A stretch of DNA of 64,000 bases, taken from contig LLEU01000059.1 in NCBI GenBank assembly GCA_001567505.1, forward strand, positions 35,274 to 99,273, read 5' to 3'. How positions within the stretch are numbered: position 1 is the stretch's first letter; every line of letters starts with the position of its first letter. The notes under the pieces were generated by a model. That model was not told where the DNA came from, did not search any database, and was given only the letters and a program-made list of their open reading frames with translations. This stretch comes from Acidobacteria bacterium OLB17 (GTDB taxonomy: Bacteria > Acidobacteriota > Blastocatellia > Pyrinomonadales > Pyrinomonadaceae). The position numbers and the translations under genes are program-made. Positions 1-9,871 of the stretch are shown here, one piece after another.

Positions 1-261
1 ACCGATAAATCGAACGGCGTTCTGCTCGCGTCGGGCTATATTGCGGGCGGCGCGATCGCCGGTATTTTGATCGCGGTCTTTGCCGTCGTCCCGTCGCTGA
101 AACATTTCCAGCAGGGAATGGAAGAATGGTCGCATGGCGGAAATCCGTTCTTTACGGGTGCATTCTCCGACATTCTCGGCATCTTGCCGTTCCTGGTCCT
201 TGCGGTTGTGCTCTATATGGTCGGCCGTGAGCTCTGGCTCAAGGGTAAAACACTCGATTAA
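1..261 (+). CDS. C-terminal fragment of an integral membrane transporter (OPT oligopeptide-transporter-like); the 5' end is outside the window
   Basis: The frame is open from nt 1 (TDKSNGVLLASGYIAGGAIAGILIAVFAVVPSL...) to TAA 259-261. It has two hydrophobic helices and a Gly/Ala-rich segment reminiscent of OPT C-termini. Hairpins follow at 247-271 and 283-317. Confidence 0.5.
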   Translation, partial: TDKSNGVLLASGYIAGGAIAGILIAVFAVVPSLKHFQQGMEEWSHGGNPFFTGAFSDILGILPFLVLAVVLYMVGRELWLKGKTLD

Positions 262-367
262 AAAGTGTTTTACTTAGTTTAGGCGACACGCTATACTGTC
301 GAGGTAAAGCGTGTCGCTTTGCTTTATTGGCTCCCAAGGCCCCCTGGAAGCGTCAACTCGTACCCGA

Positions 368-1283
368 ATGTCCGTTAAGTTTAGCAAAATTCGAATTTTT
401 CGCTTTACGAAGTGCGCTTGCACGACACTGATCTTTGGCAGTTTTTTGCTCGTTTTTTCCTGTTCTACGGCCGAAACCAAGGGTGCGGCGCCCGATCCTG
501 GGGCTTCAAATGCGGCCACTTCGGCGGAAAAGCCTGCTCAGCCGAAAGGCGCGACCATCGAGATCGAGGCCGGCGGCCCGGCCGACACGGTACGGACGTT
601 CTATAAGCTCCTGCGGGAGAAAAAAGTTCCGCGATGCCTTGTTCCTAACGAACCTGCGTCCGGCGATCGAAAGCCTGAACGAGATGGAACTCAAGGATTT
701 TGCCCTTGATTTCGAGGCGGTCGCGGGTTCGATCCCGACCGAGATCGAGATCAACGGCGAGATCGTCTCCGGCGACAACGCGACCGTAACGGCCAATCTT
801 CCAGATCCGGACGATGACCGGCAGTACAAACTTCAGAAGATCGAACTCAAACGGGTTGACGGCGTTTGGATCATCCAGACTGCCGACGCGCAGGCCGAAG
901 AGCGGATCCGGAAAGAAGGCAAGAATTATTTCTACAACCTCCGGATCGAGACCCACGAAGAAGAAGCAAAGATAATGCTCGAACGGATCGCAAAGGCGCA
1001 GGTCGCCTACGCGATCCAGCATGACAACACCGTCGCCGACCTTAACGGACTTATTACCGCCGGATTGCTTCCGCCCGATATTACGTCGAGCGCCTCGACC
1101 GGCTATAACTACGCACTTAACATTGCTGAGAATAAGAAGCGATACACCGCGACCGCCACACCCGCCGAATACGGGCGGTCGGGCAAGCGTTCCTTCATTC
1201 TCGAGATCGACAAAGCAGGACTTCCCCACGTCAGAGGCCGCGACAACAAAGGGAAGCCGCTTGAGCCTGAGCCGGTCAAATAG
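368..1283 (+). CDS. Putative lipoprotein, frameshifted as sequenced at A6 run 620-625
   Basis: ATG 368 opens a lipoprotein signal peptide (LIFGSFLLVFSCSTA) in the frame of ORF 311-709. The sensible sequence ...TVRTFYKLLREKK continues as FRDALFLTNLRPAIESL... in the frame of ORF 435-1283. Deleting one A joins the two frames. Confidence 0.55.
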
Positions 1284-1316
1284 CGACCGGGTTCATTTGC
1301 GGAGTGTTTTAACAGA

Positions 1317-1784
1317 ATGATTCGCAAGATCATCAACAAGTTCAGCCGCTCGCTCTCGGAAAGATTAGTTGCTCCGCGCCGTGCCCATGCGGCGCCGATG
1401 CGTGTGTGGTTCGAACCGGCCGTCGATGATCCTCGACAACGCGAACTCTCGCGCAACGCCGCCGTTGCGGGCGAGACCGTCGATCTTAGCCGAACCGGCA
1501 TCGCGTTCCTTACACCCGCGATACGTATCCAGGAAAAATATTTCGTCGGCCACGAGCGGACTCTAAATATCGAGATCGACCTGCCTTCCGGCCGCGTCGA
1601 GATGAAGGTAATGGGCTGCCGATATGAGAAGGTCGGCATTCATCTCTCGGTAGATCGATATCTGATCGGCGCAAGGATCCTTTCGATGAGCGACGGCGAC
1701 CGGGAAGCCTACGAGAATTTCGTTCGCTACGGCAGCCGGCGAAAATCCCCGCAAGCGCGTGCCGTCAAGGCGAATACCGACTAA
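1317..1784 (+). CDS. PilZ domain protein (putative c-di-GMP binding)
   Basis: The 155-aa ORF carries an RxxxR-like PRRAHAAPMR motif and a DxSxxG motif (VDLSRTGIAF), the two PilZ signatures. Confidence 0.6.
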   Translation: MIRKIINKFSRSLSERLVAPRRAHAAPMRVWFEPAVDDPRQRELSRNAAVAGETVDLSRTGIAFLTPAIRIQEKYFVGHERTLNIEIDLPSGRVEMKVMGCRYEKVGIHLSVDRYLIGARILSMSDGDREAYENFVRYGSRRKSPQARAVKANTD

Positions 1785-1811
1785 GTCCTTTTCTACAGAG
1801 TTTCGAAGTAT

Positions 1812-1840
1812 GCCCGCAGCTTCTTGGCGGGCTTTTTGTT
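1812..1840 (+). terminator. Rho-independent terminator after the PilZ gene
   Basis: Stem gcccgc (1812-1817) pairs with gcgggc (1827-1832) and is followed by tttttgtttt. Confidence 0.55.
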
Positions 1841-1874
1841 TTGTCCCGCACCTTTTTGTTTTAATTGAAGCTGT

Positions 1875-2958
1875 ATGAACAAAAAAGGTCGGGATCGGAT
1901 TCATCGGGACTGGTTTTGCGCGCACAACTCAGATCCCTGCTTTCCAAATGGTCGAGAACGCATCGATCGTGTCGATAGCGAGCGGTTCGCCGGAGAACGC
2001 CAGGGCCGCCGCCGAAGCAAGCGGTGCCGCGCATTCCACCGGCGATTGGCGCGAGACGGTGTCGCATCCTGATGTCGATCTCGTCTGCATCACGACGCCG
2101 CCGCTGCATCATCGCGAGATGACGCTTGCCGCACTTGCCGCCGGCAAACACGTACTTTGCGAAAAGCCGATGGCAATGAATGTTGCCGAGGCCGAGGAAA
2201 TGTGTGCGGCGGCACGGTCTGCCGACGTGCTCGCATTGATCGATCACGAACTGCGTTTTCAAGACGGCCGGCAGAAAGCATACGCGATGCTTCGCGAAGG
2301 CCGGATCGGAAAGATCCGTCACGTAAAGGCGTTCTTCCGTGCGCCGCATCGCGGCGACCCGAACATCGCGTGGAATTGGTGGTCGGACCTTGCGTCCGGC
2401 GGCGGTGCGCTTGGCGCGATCGGGACGCACGTCATCGATTCGTTCAACTGGCTCTTGGGCACGTCGATCTCGCGTGTCTTCTGCCAGCTCGAAGCTCAGG
2501 TCAAGACGCGGCGTGACAAGGACGGCGTCGACCGCGCCGTAACGTCCGACGACGAAGCGAATCTCATACTTCGATTCGCCGACTCGGAGCTCACGTCCGC
2601 GACGACCGGCGTCGTCTCGCTCTCGATGACGGAGGGCCCGAGCTACAAGAACATCCTCGAACTGCACGGCACGCTCGGCTCAATGAAGATCGATGCGAAT
2701 GGCGGTGTCTCCATCGCTCCGCGCGGCGAGAAGCGTTGGCAAATGGTCGATACCGACCTCGGCCATGCGGTCGAAGGCGTCGCGGACACGGGCTTTTCAC
2801 GTGGATTCGTGAACTTCGCACCAAAGATCGTCGAGGCGATCAGCGAAAGCAGGCGGTCGATCGAATATGCGGCGGCGTTCGAGGATGGCCTCGCCGTGCA
2901 GCGTGTCATAGATGCCGCACACGAATCGAACGATACCGGAAAGGCTGTCGAGCTCTAA
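1875..2958 (+). CDS. Gfo/Idh/MocA family NAD(P)-dependent oxidoreductase, frameshifted as sequenced at A6 run 1881-1886
   Basis: ORF 1948-2958 has family-typical sequence (LCEKPMAMNVAEAEEM, HELRF). The Rossmann N-terminus KKVGIGFIGTGFARTTQIPAF is in that frame but has no start codon. ATG 1875 (MNKK) is one frame off, and removing one A gives MNKKVGIGFIGTGF... Confidence 0.8.
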
Positions 2959-4260
2959 AGCCCTCTCGCTCGGGCGGCGGCTTTTTTTGAGGATCCGAAG
3001 CGTTGATCTGTCGGTCGAGAAGACCGAGTTCAGGCCCTGCTCTTCCATCGGCGGATCGCCCGTGTAGTCATCGCCCGCTTTCCAGATGTGGTCGGCGTTC
3101 GCGGCCCTCGCAATACCTGCGACCGCCCAGAAATTCACACCGGCGACGGTTCCGCGTTCCGTCGTGCCAAGGTTCGACAGAATCAGTTCGAAGTAGCGGT
3201 CGCGTAGGCGCGTCGTCGAATTCGTGTCAAAACTTCGGCCGTCGCGCGGAAAGCCGAATTCCTCGATCACCAACGGCTTGTTCAACGTTCCCGCGACCGC
3301 GAGATCTTCGGCGATATACTTTCGCGTCTCGTTCTCGGCGTTCGCAAGCGCTTTCTCAAGATCGGGATCGGCGAGCCAGCCCCAATTCTTCGGCCAGATG
3401 TGGATCGTGACATAGTCGATGTTCGGGTCCGAATGCGCCCGCTCGAACAGCTCGACACTCTCGGTGCCGATATGGCCTTCGTGTCCCGTCGTGATCAAAT
3501 GCTGCGGGTCGAGCTTTCGGACGAGCTTTGCCGTCGCCTGCAGAAAATCGAGGTACGCATCGTTCGAAGCGGGACGCATAGGCCGCGGCTCGTTCGCGAT
3601 CTCCCAAGCCATAATGGTCGGGTCGTCAATGTAGGCGATTCGGCTGAGCGTATTTCGTCTGGAGACGATCTTGGCCGCCTGGGTCTGGTAGGCCGCGATG
3701 CAGGGACGGCAGGTGTAGAACTGAGCGACCGTGTCACGCAGCTCGTCCCAGCTCGGCTTTCGCGTCGCGAGGGATGCATCAACGCGGCCTTCCCAAAGGA
3801 GATATTGCTGAAAGCCGCCGCTCCATTCCCAATTGTTGCTGAGGTAAACGACGGCGCGCATATTGCGTTTGCGCATCTCGAACAGGAGCAGATCGAGGCC
3901 CTTCAAAGCATCCTCGTCGAAGCTCCCTTTCTCTGGCTGAAGCGGCGGGCCGACGCGCGTGATGCCGTTCAACAGGCCGCTGCCCTCGGCTCCGGCGAGC
4001 ACGCGCAAGTTCGTAATGCCGAGGCCGCGAAGCATATCAAGCTCTTTGCGGAGGCGGCGGATGCCGCGTGCCTTGTCCTTTTCGCGGCCAAGGAGCGCAC
4101 CGTACCAATAGTTCGCTCCGACGAAGAAATACGGAGCATTCCCGACAACGAACTTCCCGTTTCGCACCTGGACGAAATTCGGCTTCGCGATGCCGATGCT
4201 CGCCGCAAGAAGCACGACAATAACGACGCTAAGCAGTTTTGCGATCTTCATTTTTTGCAA
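2797..4260 (-). CDS. Secreted glycoside hydrolase family 5 (beta-mannanase-like); the C-terminus is probably over-extended by a homopolymer error
   Basis: It has a signal peptide (MKIAKLLSVVIVVLLAASIGIA, ATG at 4251) and GH5-like blocks (VVYLSNNWEWSGG, WEIANEPR, VIEEFG). As sequenced it runs 162 nt antisense into the converging oxidoreductase. Removing one T from T7 2982-2988 gives a stop at 2955-2957. Confidence 0.75.
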   Translation of the reverse strand: MQKMKIAKLLSVVIVVLLAASIGIAKPNFVQVRNGKFVVGNAPYFFVGANYWYGALLGREKDKARGIRRLRKELDMLRGLGITNLRVLAGAEGSGLLNGITRVGPPLQPEKGSFDEDALKGLDLLLFEMRKRNMRAVVYLSNNWEWSGGFQQYLLWEGRVDASLATRKPSWDELRDTVAQFYTCRPCIAAYQTQAAKIVSRRNTLSRIAYIDDPTIMAWEIANEPRPMRPASNDAYLDFLQATAKLVRKLDPQHLITTGHEGHIGTESVELFERAHSDPNIDYVTIHIWPKNWGWLADPDLEKALANAENETRKYIAEDLAVAGTLNKPLVIEEFGFPRDGRSFDTNSTTRLRDRYFELILSNLGTTERGTVAGVNFWAVAGIARAANADHIWKAGDDYTGDPPMEEQGLNSVFSTDRSTLRILKKSRRPSERALELDSLSGIVRFVCGIYDTLHGEAILERRRIFDRPPAFADRLDDLWCEVHEST

Positions 4261-5287
4261 TTCCCTTATTGGCCAAACGCACCGCGAGCACGAACAAAGC
4301 GATCACGATCGCGGGCGACAAGAGGACGAAGGCGTGCTCGCGGAGTTGATTGAGGTCGTTCGCCGCCGCGAGCATATTCCCGAGACTCGGCTCCGGTTCC
4401 TGAAGGCCGACGCCCAGATAGGAAAGCGTCGCCTCTGCAAGCAGAAAGGCAGGCAGGATAAGGGTCGCCTGCGTAAGCAGCGGCCGTGCGATGTTCGGCA
4501 GGATGTGGCGGATCAGGATCCTTCCGCCGCTTAAACCGGAAATGCGGGCGGCGGTCACATAATCGAGCGTCCGCGTGCGTTTTACAAGTCCGCGAGTAAG
4601 CCGCGTCATTTCGGCCCAGCCCGTGAGCGTGAAGATGCCGATGAGCAGTGCTGCGGCCGTAAGCGGCGGGAGCTCGAGCGGAAATGCGACACGGGCAGCA
4701 AGGATGACGATCATCGCGGGCAGCGAGATGACCGCGTCCGCGACGCCCGCGATCGCCGTATCAACTATCTTGCCCGAATATCCGCCGATCAGTCCGATCG
4801 CGATCCCGAGAAGGCTTGCGAGGACGGCACCGATCGTGCAAACGATCAGCGAAAAACGGATCGCTGCGAGCAGACGCGAAAAGCGGTCGCGCCCGAGCGC
4901 GTCCGTTCCCAAGAGATGAATGCGGATCTCGTCGCTGTTCGTCGCGAAAAGGTGGCGTTCGAGCGGGACGACGCCCAGCAGGTGATAGCGATAGCCTTTT
5001 GGAAAAAAAGTGACGGATGCCGAGCGTGACAGATCTGCTTCGTAGGCCTGCTTCAATGCGTCGATCATCTTCGCCTCGAAGATCCGAGGCAGCAGCGAGA
5101 AGCTGCCCTCGTCGTTCGAAAAACTGAACGTAGAGATCGGTGCATTCGGCAAATGCCTCGACTGCTCGGAACTGTCGTATGGAGCGAGGAAGTCCGCGAA
5201 GACGGCGACAAAACCAAAACACATGAGTAGCCCGACGCCCGCTTTTGCAGCGATCGAAAGGCCGCCTTTTTGGGTGTTCTTGCTCAT
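4229..5287 (-). CDS. ABC transporter permease (DppC/OppC-like)
   Basis: Start MSKNTQKGG at 5287 overlaps the upstream permease stop as ATGA. It carries the LLGTDALGRDRFSRLL motif and multiple TM segments. The longer ORF reaching 5695 is N-terminal read-through in arginine-rich junk. Confidence 0.8.
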   Translation of the reverse strand: MSKNTQKGGLSIAAKAGVGLLMCFGFVAVFADFLAPYDSSEQSRHLPNAPISTFSFSNDEGSFSLLPRIFEAKMIDALKQAYEADLSRSASVTFFPKGYRYHLLGVVPLERHLFATNSDEIRIHLLGTDALGRDRFSRLLAAIRFSLIVCTIGAVLASLLGIAIGLIGGYSGKIVDTAIAGVADAVISLPAMIVILAARVAFPLELPPLTAAALLIGIFTLTGWAEMTRLTRGLVKRTRTLDYVTAARISGLSGGRILIRHILPNIARPLLTQATLILPAFLLAEATLSYLGVGLQEPEPSLGNMLAAANDLNQLREHAFVLLSPAIVIALFVLAVRLANKGIAKNEDRKTA

Positions 5288-6189
5288 TCGGCCTCCGCGG
5301 AACGGATCCGTTTGTCGTTTACGAACTGCAGCACTTCGGCAAGCGTATTTCCTGCCCAAACAGCAATGCTGACGACGATCATCACGCCCATCAGAAGCGG
5401 TATGTCGCGATTCCTGACGGCGGAGACCGTCAACGAACCAATGCCCGGACGGCCGATCACCGTTTCGACGATCACTGAACCACCGAGCAACGCGCCGAGC
5501 GAAAGTCCAAAGAGCGTCAATGCGGGATTTATCGCGGCTCGAAACGCGTGTCGCAGGATGATCGTCGTCTCGCTCAGGCCTTTCGCACGTGCGGTCCGAA
5601 TGAAATCTTCGCTCATTGCGTCGTGCAGGCTCTGGTTGAATTGCGCGAGAAGGATCGCGATCAGCGGCACCGCAAGTGAGATCGCGGACAGCCAAAAAAC
5701 GGACGTGATCGCGCCGTAAACCAAAATGGCGAGGGCAAAAAGCGAGATGACGATCCTTGGCGTCGATGCAAAAATGAGAATGACCGCATCGGTGATCGCT
5801 GAGAGAGTTCGGCTCTGCGAACGGACGTTCACGAATGCGAGCCCGACGGCGATCAATGCTGCGATGCCGATGGCCGCAAATGCGAGCAGGGCAGTTGATC
5901 CGAACCTTGCGAGCACGAGTTCCGTGACGGGAACGCGATAGTAGAACGATTCGCCGAGGTCCGCGCGCACCGCAGAGGCGAGCCAGCGTCCATAGCGTTC
6001 GACGACCGGTCGATCAAGGCCGTAGGACGCGCGCAGTTTCTCGATCGTTGCCGGCGAGATCTGCGGATCCTCACGCAGGGATGTGAACGCGTCGCTTCCC
6101 GCCGAAGAAAGCAGGAAGAACGCGGCCGCCGAAGTTATCAGCAGAAGCAAAACTCCCTGAACCGCCTTGCGTATAAAAAAATGAAGCAC
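5284..6189 (-). CDS. ABC transporter permease (DppB/OppB-like)
   Basis: A GTG start at 6189 gives MLHFFIRKAVQGVLLLLI, the typical N-terminus of this family. The EAA-like region is FIRTARAKGLSE. Confidence 0.8.
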   Translation of the reverse strand: MLHFFIRKAVQGVLLLLITSAAAFFLLSSAGSDAFTSLREDPQISPATIEKLRASYGLDRPVVERYGRWLASAVRADLGESFYYRVPVTELVLARFGSTALLAFAAIGIAALIAVGLAFVNVRSQSRTLSAITDAVILIFASTPRIVISLFALAILVYGAITSVFWLSAISLAVPLIAILLAQFNQSLHDAMSEDFIRTARAKGLSETTIILRHAFRAAINPALTLFGLSLGALLGGSVIVETVIGRPGIGSLTVSAVRNRDIPLLMGVMIVVSIAVWAGNTLAEVLQFVNDKRIRSAEAE

Positions 6190-6317
6190 CGGTAAAAATG
6201 AAGGTTCGAACACCGCAACCGCGGCACGCCGATATTCTCAACTATTAACGCACGTTTTTCAACGCATCGGGTATAATGAAGGCGAAGATCTCTCCGGCCG
6301 TTGACGAACAAGGAATA

Positions 6318-8054
6318 ATGAAAATTAAACTGCTCATCCTCTGTTTGACCATCGTCTCCCTCTTTTCTGCCTGCGGTGCCCCGGCCGCAAATACTACGCC
6401 GACCGTCGCGAATGCCACCCGCGGAGGCCAGCTCACCTATCGGCTGAGCACGGCGCCGACGACCTTCAATTACCTGATGGCAAAGGATGAGGCAACCATA
6501 GACACGGCGTTCTATATGCTTACGAGCCGGCTCGTCGATCTCGACCATTCGACGCAAAAATACGTGCCTGCTCTCGCCGAATCGTGGAAGCGCGAGGACG
6601 ACGGCGTCACCGTTGATGTGAAACTTCGCGACGGGCTGAAATTCTCCGACGGTTCGGAGATCACGGCCGACGATGTCGCTTTCACGATGGCGGCCATCTA
6701 CGACGAGAAGACGAATTCGCCCGCTTGGAAAGGCGCGATGACGATCGGCGACGGAAAGCAGATCGGCGTAAAGGTCGTCAGCAAGCAGGAACTGAAGCTC
6801 GTCTTCCCGCAGAAGGTCGCGGCCGTCGAGAACTATATGATCAACATCGGCGTGCTGCCGGCAAAGGTGCTGAAGCCTTCGCTTGACGCAGGCACGCTTT
6901 CCGAAGCGTGGCCGCTTACGTCCGACCCGAAGACGATCGTTTCGAGCGGCCCATTCGTTGTCGAATCCGCCGCTGTCGGCGAACGGCTGACGTTCGCCCG
7001 CAACCCGAATTACTGGAAGAAGGACGCCAGCGGCACACAACTTCCGTATCTTGATAAGATCGTGTTCGAAGTGATCTCCGACCCGAACGCCGCCCTCGCC
7101 AAGCTCGAACAAGGCGAGGTCGATATCGTCGATCGGATCCGTCCGTCGGATTTTGCATCGCTCGGAAAACCGGGTTCGCCGATCAAAGCGATCGACGTCG
7201 GCCCCGGAATGGGTACCGACCATATGTTCTTTAATCTGAACAAAACGGACGCGGCGGGCAAGGACCTGACCGCGCTTCCAAGATACGCGTGGTTCTCGGA
7301 CGTGCGGTTCCGGAAGGCCGTCTCAAAGGCGATCGACAAGAAGACCATCGCCGAGACAACGCTTCGCGGCCTCGCCACGCCGATGGGCAGCTTCGTTTCG
7401 CCGGGGAACAAAGCTTGGCTCAACAAGGACATCTCGGCCGACACGTACGACCTCGCCGGTGCGGAAAAACTGCTTGCGGAAGCGGGCTTTATAAAAAAAG
7501 GCACCGAGCAGTCTCCCGAACTTTACGACGCAAAAGGCACGCGCGTGGAATTTACGCTTCTTGTTGCGGTAGAGAATCAGCCGCGCAATCTTACGGCCGC
7601 GGTCATTCAGGAAGACCTCGCAAAACTCGGCATCAAGATGCAGGTCGCGCCGATAGAATCAAAAGATCTCACGGCGCGTTGGAGCAAGAGCCACGATTAC
7701 GACGCGATCCTGCACGGCCTTTCCGTAAGCGATATGGAACCGTCCACGATGGCGGCGTTCATCGAGAGCAGCGGTGCGATCCATCAATGGGCGCCGATGC
7801 AGAAGTCGCCGGCTACGGAATGGGAAGCTCGGCTCGACAAGCTTTTCGATGAGCAGGCGGCAGAGACCGACGCGGCGAAACGCAAAGCCCTTTTTGATGA
7901 GATCCAGAAGATCATCGCTGACGAGATGCCCGTGATCCCGCTTGTCACACGACACGTCGCGTCGGCCGCGAACATCCGCGTTGGCAATATCTCGCCGAGC
8001 CCGATGCTGCCGTATGCGTTGTGGAACGTGGACGAACTTTTCGTTGCGAAGTAG
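6318..8054 (+). CDS. ABC transporter substrate-binding lipoprotein, family 5 (DppA/OppA-like)
   Basis: ATG 6318 follows an aaggaa SD. The lipobox is LFSACG. The gene is family-5 SBP length and lies divergent from the permease genes. Confidence 0.8.
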   Translation: MKIKLLILCLTIVSLFSACGAPAANTTPTVANATRGGQLTYRLSTAPTTFNYLMAKDEATIDTAFYMLTSRLVDLDHSTQKYVPALAESWKREDDGVTVDVKLRDGLKFSDGSEITADDVAFTMAAIYDEKTNSPAWKGAMTIGDGKQIGVKVVSKQELKLVFPQKVAAVENYMINIGVLPAKVLKPSLDAGTLSEAWPLTSDPKTIVSSGPFVVESAAVGERLTFARNPNYWKKDASGTQLPYLDKIVFEVISDPNAALAKLEQGEVDIVDRIRPSDFASLGKPGSPIKAIDVGPGMGTDHMFFNLNKTDAAGKDLTALPRYAWFSDVRFRKAVSKAIDKKTIAETTLRGLATPMGSFVSPGNKAWLNKDISADTYDLAGAEKLLAEAGFIKKGTEQSPELYDAKGTRVEFTLLVAVENQPRNLTAAVIQEDLAKLGIKMQVAPIESKDLTARWSKSHDYDAILHGLSVSDMEPSTMAAFIESSGAIHQWAPMQKSPATEWEARLDKLFDEQAAETDAAKRKALFDEIQKIIADEMPVIPLVTRHVASAANIRVGNISPSPMLPYALWNVDELFVAK

Positions 8055-8070
8055 GGAAAGAAGCGCGCGT

Positions 8071-9783
8071 CTATCGTGCAGAAGCAACGAAGTCCAGGTG
8101 AGACTCGGCATCATTTAACGTGATGACGCGAACCGGCGATGCGAACTCGAAACTTTTCGAGCGGATCGAGACGGTATAGGTCTCGCCGGCCGCGAGCCCA
8201 CGGAAGCTAAAATATCCGAACGGATTTGCGAGGGCGTAACGGATACGTCCATCGCTGCCGATCGCCGTCAGGAACGCGTTCGGGATAGCTCGGCCCTCGG
8301 CGGTCAAGACGCGGCCTGTGACGATCGCTTCTGCCGACGAGGGGGCGACCGGAAAGCCGATCGACCAAAGCGAGAATGTCGAAACGCCCGTTGCCGTTGC
8401 GATATTCGAGGCGGCATTGATGCAGCCTGCTCCCGTGCAGACGACAGAGGGAGCTGAATTTCCCTCCCGTTTGACGAGAGAATAATTCGCTTCGTTCGCG
8501 GGCGACGTGACGTCCGCATCGCGATAGTTGAACGACAAGTTCGCCGTAAGATCGCCATCCTCGATGACATTCCAAAAGCGGGAGACGGAGTTTGCCGCTT
8601 CCACGCCCGGGCCCGCTCCTTCGAACGCCGCGACGGTCAACCGCGAAGGATTTGCCGCAAGCGACGTGACATTCGCGGAAAAGGGCGAGTAGCCGGTAGT
8701 TGTCCCGACCGGAAATGAGAACGCGCCTGTCGCGCAGAATTCCTTCGCAAGATAGCCTTCCACAAAGCGGCCTTCGCCGGCGTTCGCGATCGTCCCGGCA
8801 CAGCCAAGCAGCAGAGTGCTTTCGTCCGTGTTGATACTGCCGGCAGAGAATGTCAGCGTCTTATCGACCGAGACGTCCCGATCGAGCGCGACGCCTACCG
8901 CATTACTGACCGTCAGCTGCTCGAACGCGATCGGGTTCGTCCCCGCGATATGCTGAGTCGAGTTGCCGTTGAAATTTACGGTGAAATTCCCCGTGCTGTC
9001 CCCGTCGTCCTGCTGGAACACGCCGTTATTCGTGAGGCTGCCGCCGACGTTCAACACCGTCGAACCACTGCTATTCGTTCCCCGAAGCGTACCAGTCCCC
9101 GATGTAAGGACATCGCCGGCGACATTGATCGTCGTCGTCCCGGACGAGCCGTTCAAAACGAATACACCGCGCGTTATATTCAAGGAGCCGAAGTTGTAGG
9201 TGGCATTCGGTCGCAAACGCAGCTCGCGACTATTCGAAAGGTAGATGGTCAAGTTGCCGTTGACGGTCAGGCTAGTGTAAACCGATCCATTACTGCCCGT
9301 ACCACTTATGACGAGATTCCCGTACGTCGGATGCGGGACATCATCGGTGATGCTGGAGTTTACTCCCTGATAGATATAAGTGCTGTTTAATGCAAGCTGT
9401 ATCGACGATGCGGTGATCGCCGGGTAGGAGCGACTCCCCGCTTGGCGCACCTCGCTCCCGTCAAGTGCGATGAGTGTTCCCGCAGAAGCTTCATTGTCGC
9501 GCATATCAAAGATTGCGCCGTCCTCGACAGTGATCGTGCCCGTGCCATTTGCATCTGCCGAAAGCGAGACCGTCGTCCCGCTCGCTATCACAACGTTGTC
9601 ATTACCCGACGGTACGACGCCGTTCTGCCAGGTCGAAGCCGTATGCCAGTTCCCTGACTGCACACTCGTGCGCGTCGCGGCCGCCGCGTTCCCGTTTTGA
9701 CTATATGATGTGATCGAATTCGTGAGGAAAAGCAGAAGAAACAAACAGGCCGCAACAAAAGCCGCACGAGGGAGAAGCTGCAT
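8071..9783 (-). CDS. Secreted repeat-rich protein with a C-terminal carboxypeptidase-regulatory-like domain
   Basis: It has a signal peptide (AACLFLLLFLTNSITSYSQ) and a G/T/N/S-rich, beta-helix-like middle region. The C-terminus VTGRVLTAEGRAIPNAFLTA...GYFSFRGLAAGETYTVSI is typical of CarboxypepD_reg. Confidence 0.6.
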   Translation of the reverse strand: MQLLPRAAFVAACLFLLLFLTNSITSYSQNGNAAAATRTSVQSGNWHTASTWQNGVVPSGNDNVVIASGTTVSLSADANGTGTITVEDGAIFDMRDNEASAGTLIALDGSEVRQAGSRSYPAITASSIQLALNSTYIYQGVNSSITDDVPHPTYGNLVISGTGSNGSVYTSLTVNGNLTIYLSNSRELRLRPNATYNFGSLNITRGVFVLNGSSGTTTINVAGDVLTSGTGTLRGTNSSGSTVLNVGGSLTNNGVFQQDDGDSTGNFTVNFNGNSTQHIAGTNPIAFEQLTVSNAVGVALDRDVSVDKTLTFSAGSINTDESTLLLGCAGTIANAGEGRFVEGYLAKEFCATGAFSFPVGTTTGYSPFSANVTSLAANPSRLTVAAFEGAGPGVEAANSVSRFWNVIEDGDLTANLSFNYRDADVTSPANEANYSLVKREGNSAPSVVCTGAGCINAASNIATATGVSTFSLWSIGFPVAPSSAEAIVTGRVLTAEGRAIPNAFLTAIGSDGRIRYALANPFGYFSFRGLAAGETYTVSIRSKSFEFASPVRVITLNDAESHLDFVASAR

Positions 9784-9841
9784 CGTCGAATCACCGATCT
9801 CGCGTAACCAAACGCGACAAACCTAGTCTAAAATCTGCCCA

Positions 9842-9871
9842 ATTATCAAAGGAAAGCCCCCAAATTGTCAA
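9842..9871 (-). promoter_or_regulatory. Putative sigma70-type promoter for the 8071-9783 gene
   Basis: On the minus strand, TTGACA (9866-9871), an 18-nt spacer and GATAAT (9842-9847) lie about 60 nt upstream of the start codon. Confidence 0.35.

Noticed and set aside
272-283. A shared 12-mer, acttagtttagg, at 272-283 and 9924-9935 as possible att or direct repeats.
   Set aside because: In 64 kb, many exact 12-mer coincidences are expected by chance. The flanking sequence is not similar, and neither position matches an island boundary.
6138-7223. Long ORFs antisense to well-supported genes. Examples: 6138-7223 (minus) against the SBP gene, 3400-4353 (plus) against GH5, 24509-25351 (minus) against guaA, 40187-41041 (minus) against GT9, 43522-44397 (minus) against rimM/trmD, 47542-48603 (plus) against the TonB receptor, and 57876-58733 (minus) against aspS.
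   Set aside because: These are typical shadow ORFs of high-GC DNA. Their translations are Arg/Pro/Gly-rich with no recognisable motifs, and each fully overlaps a gene with clear homology on the other strand.
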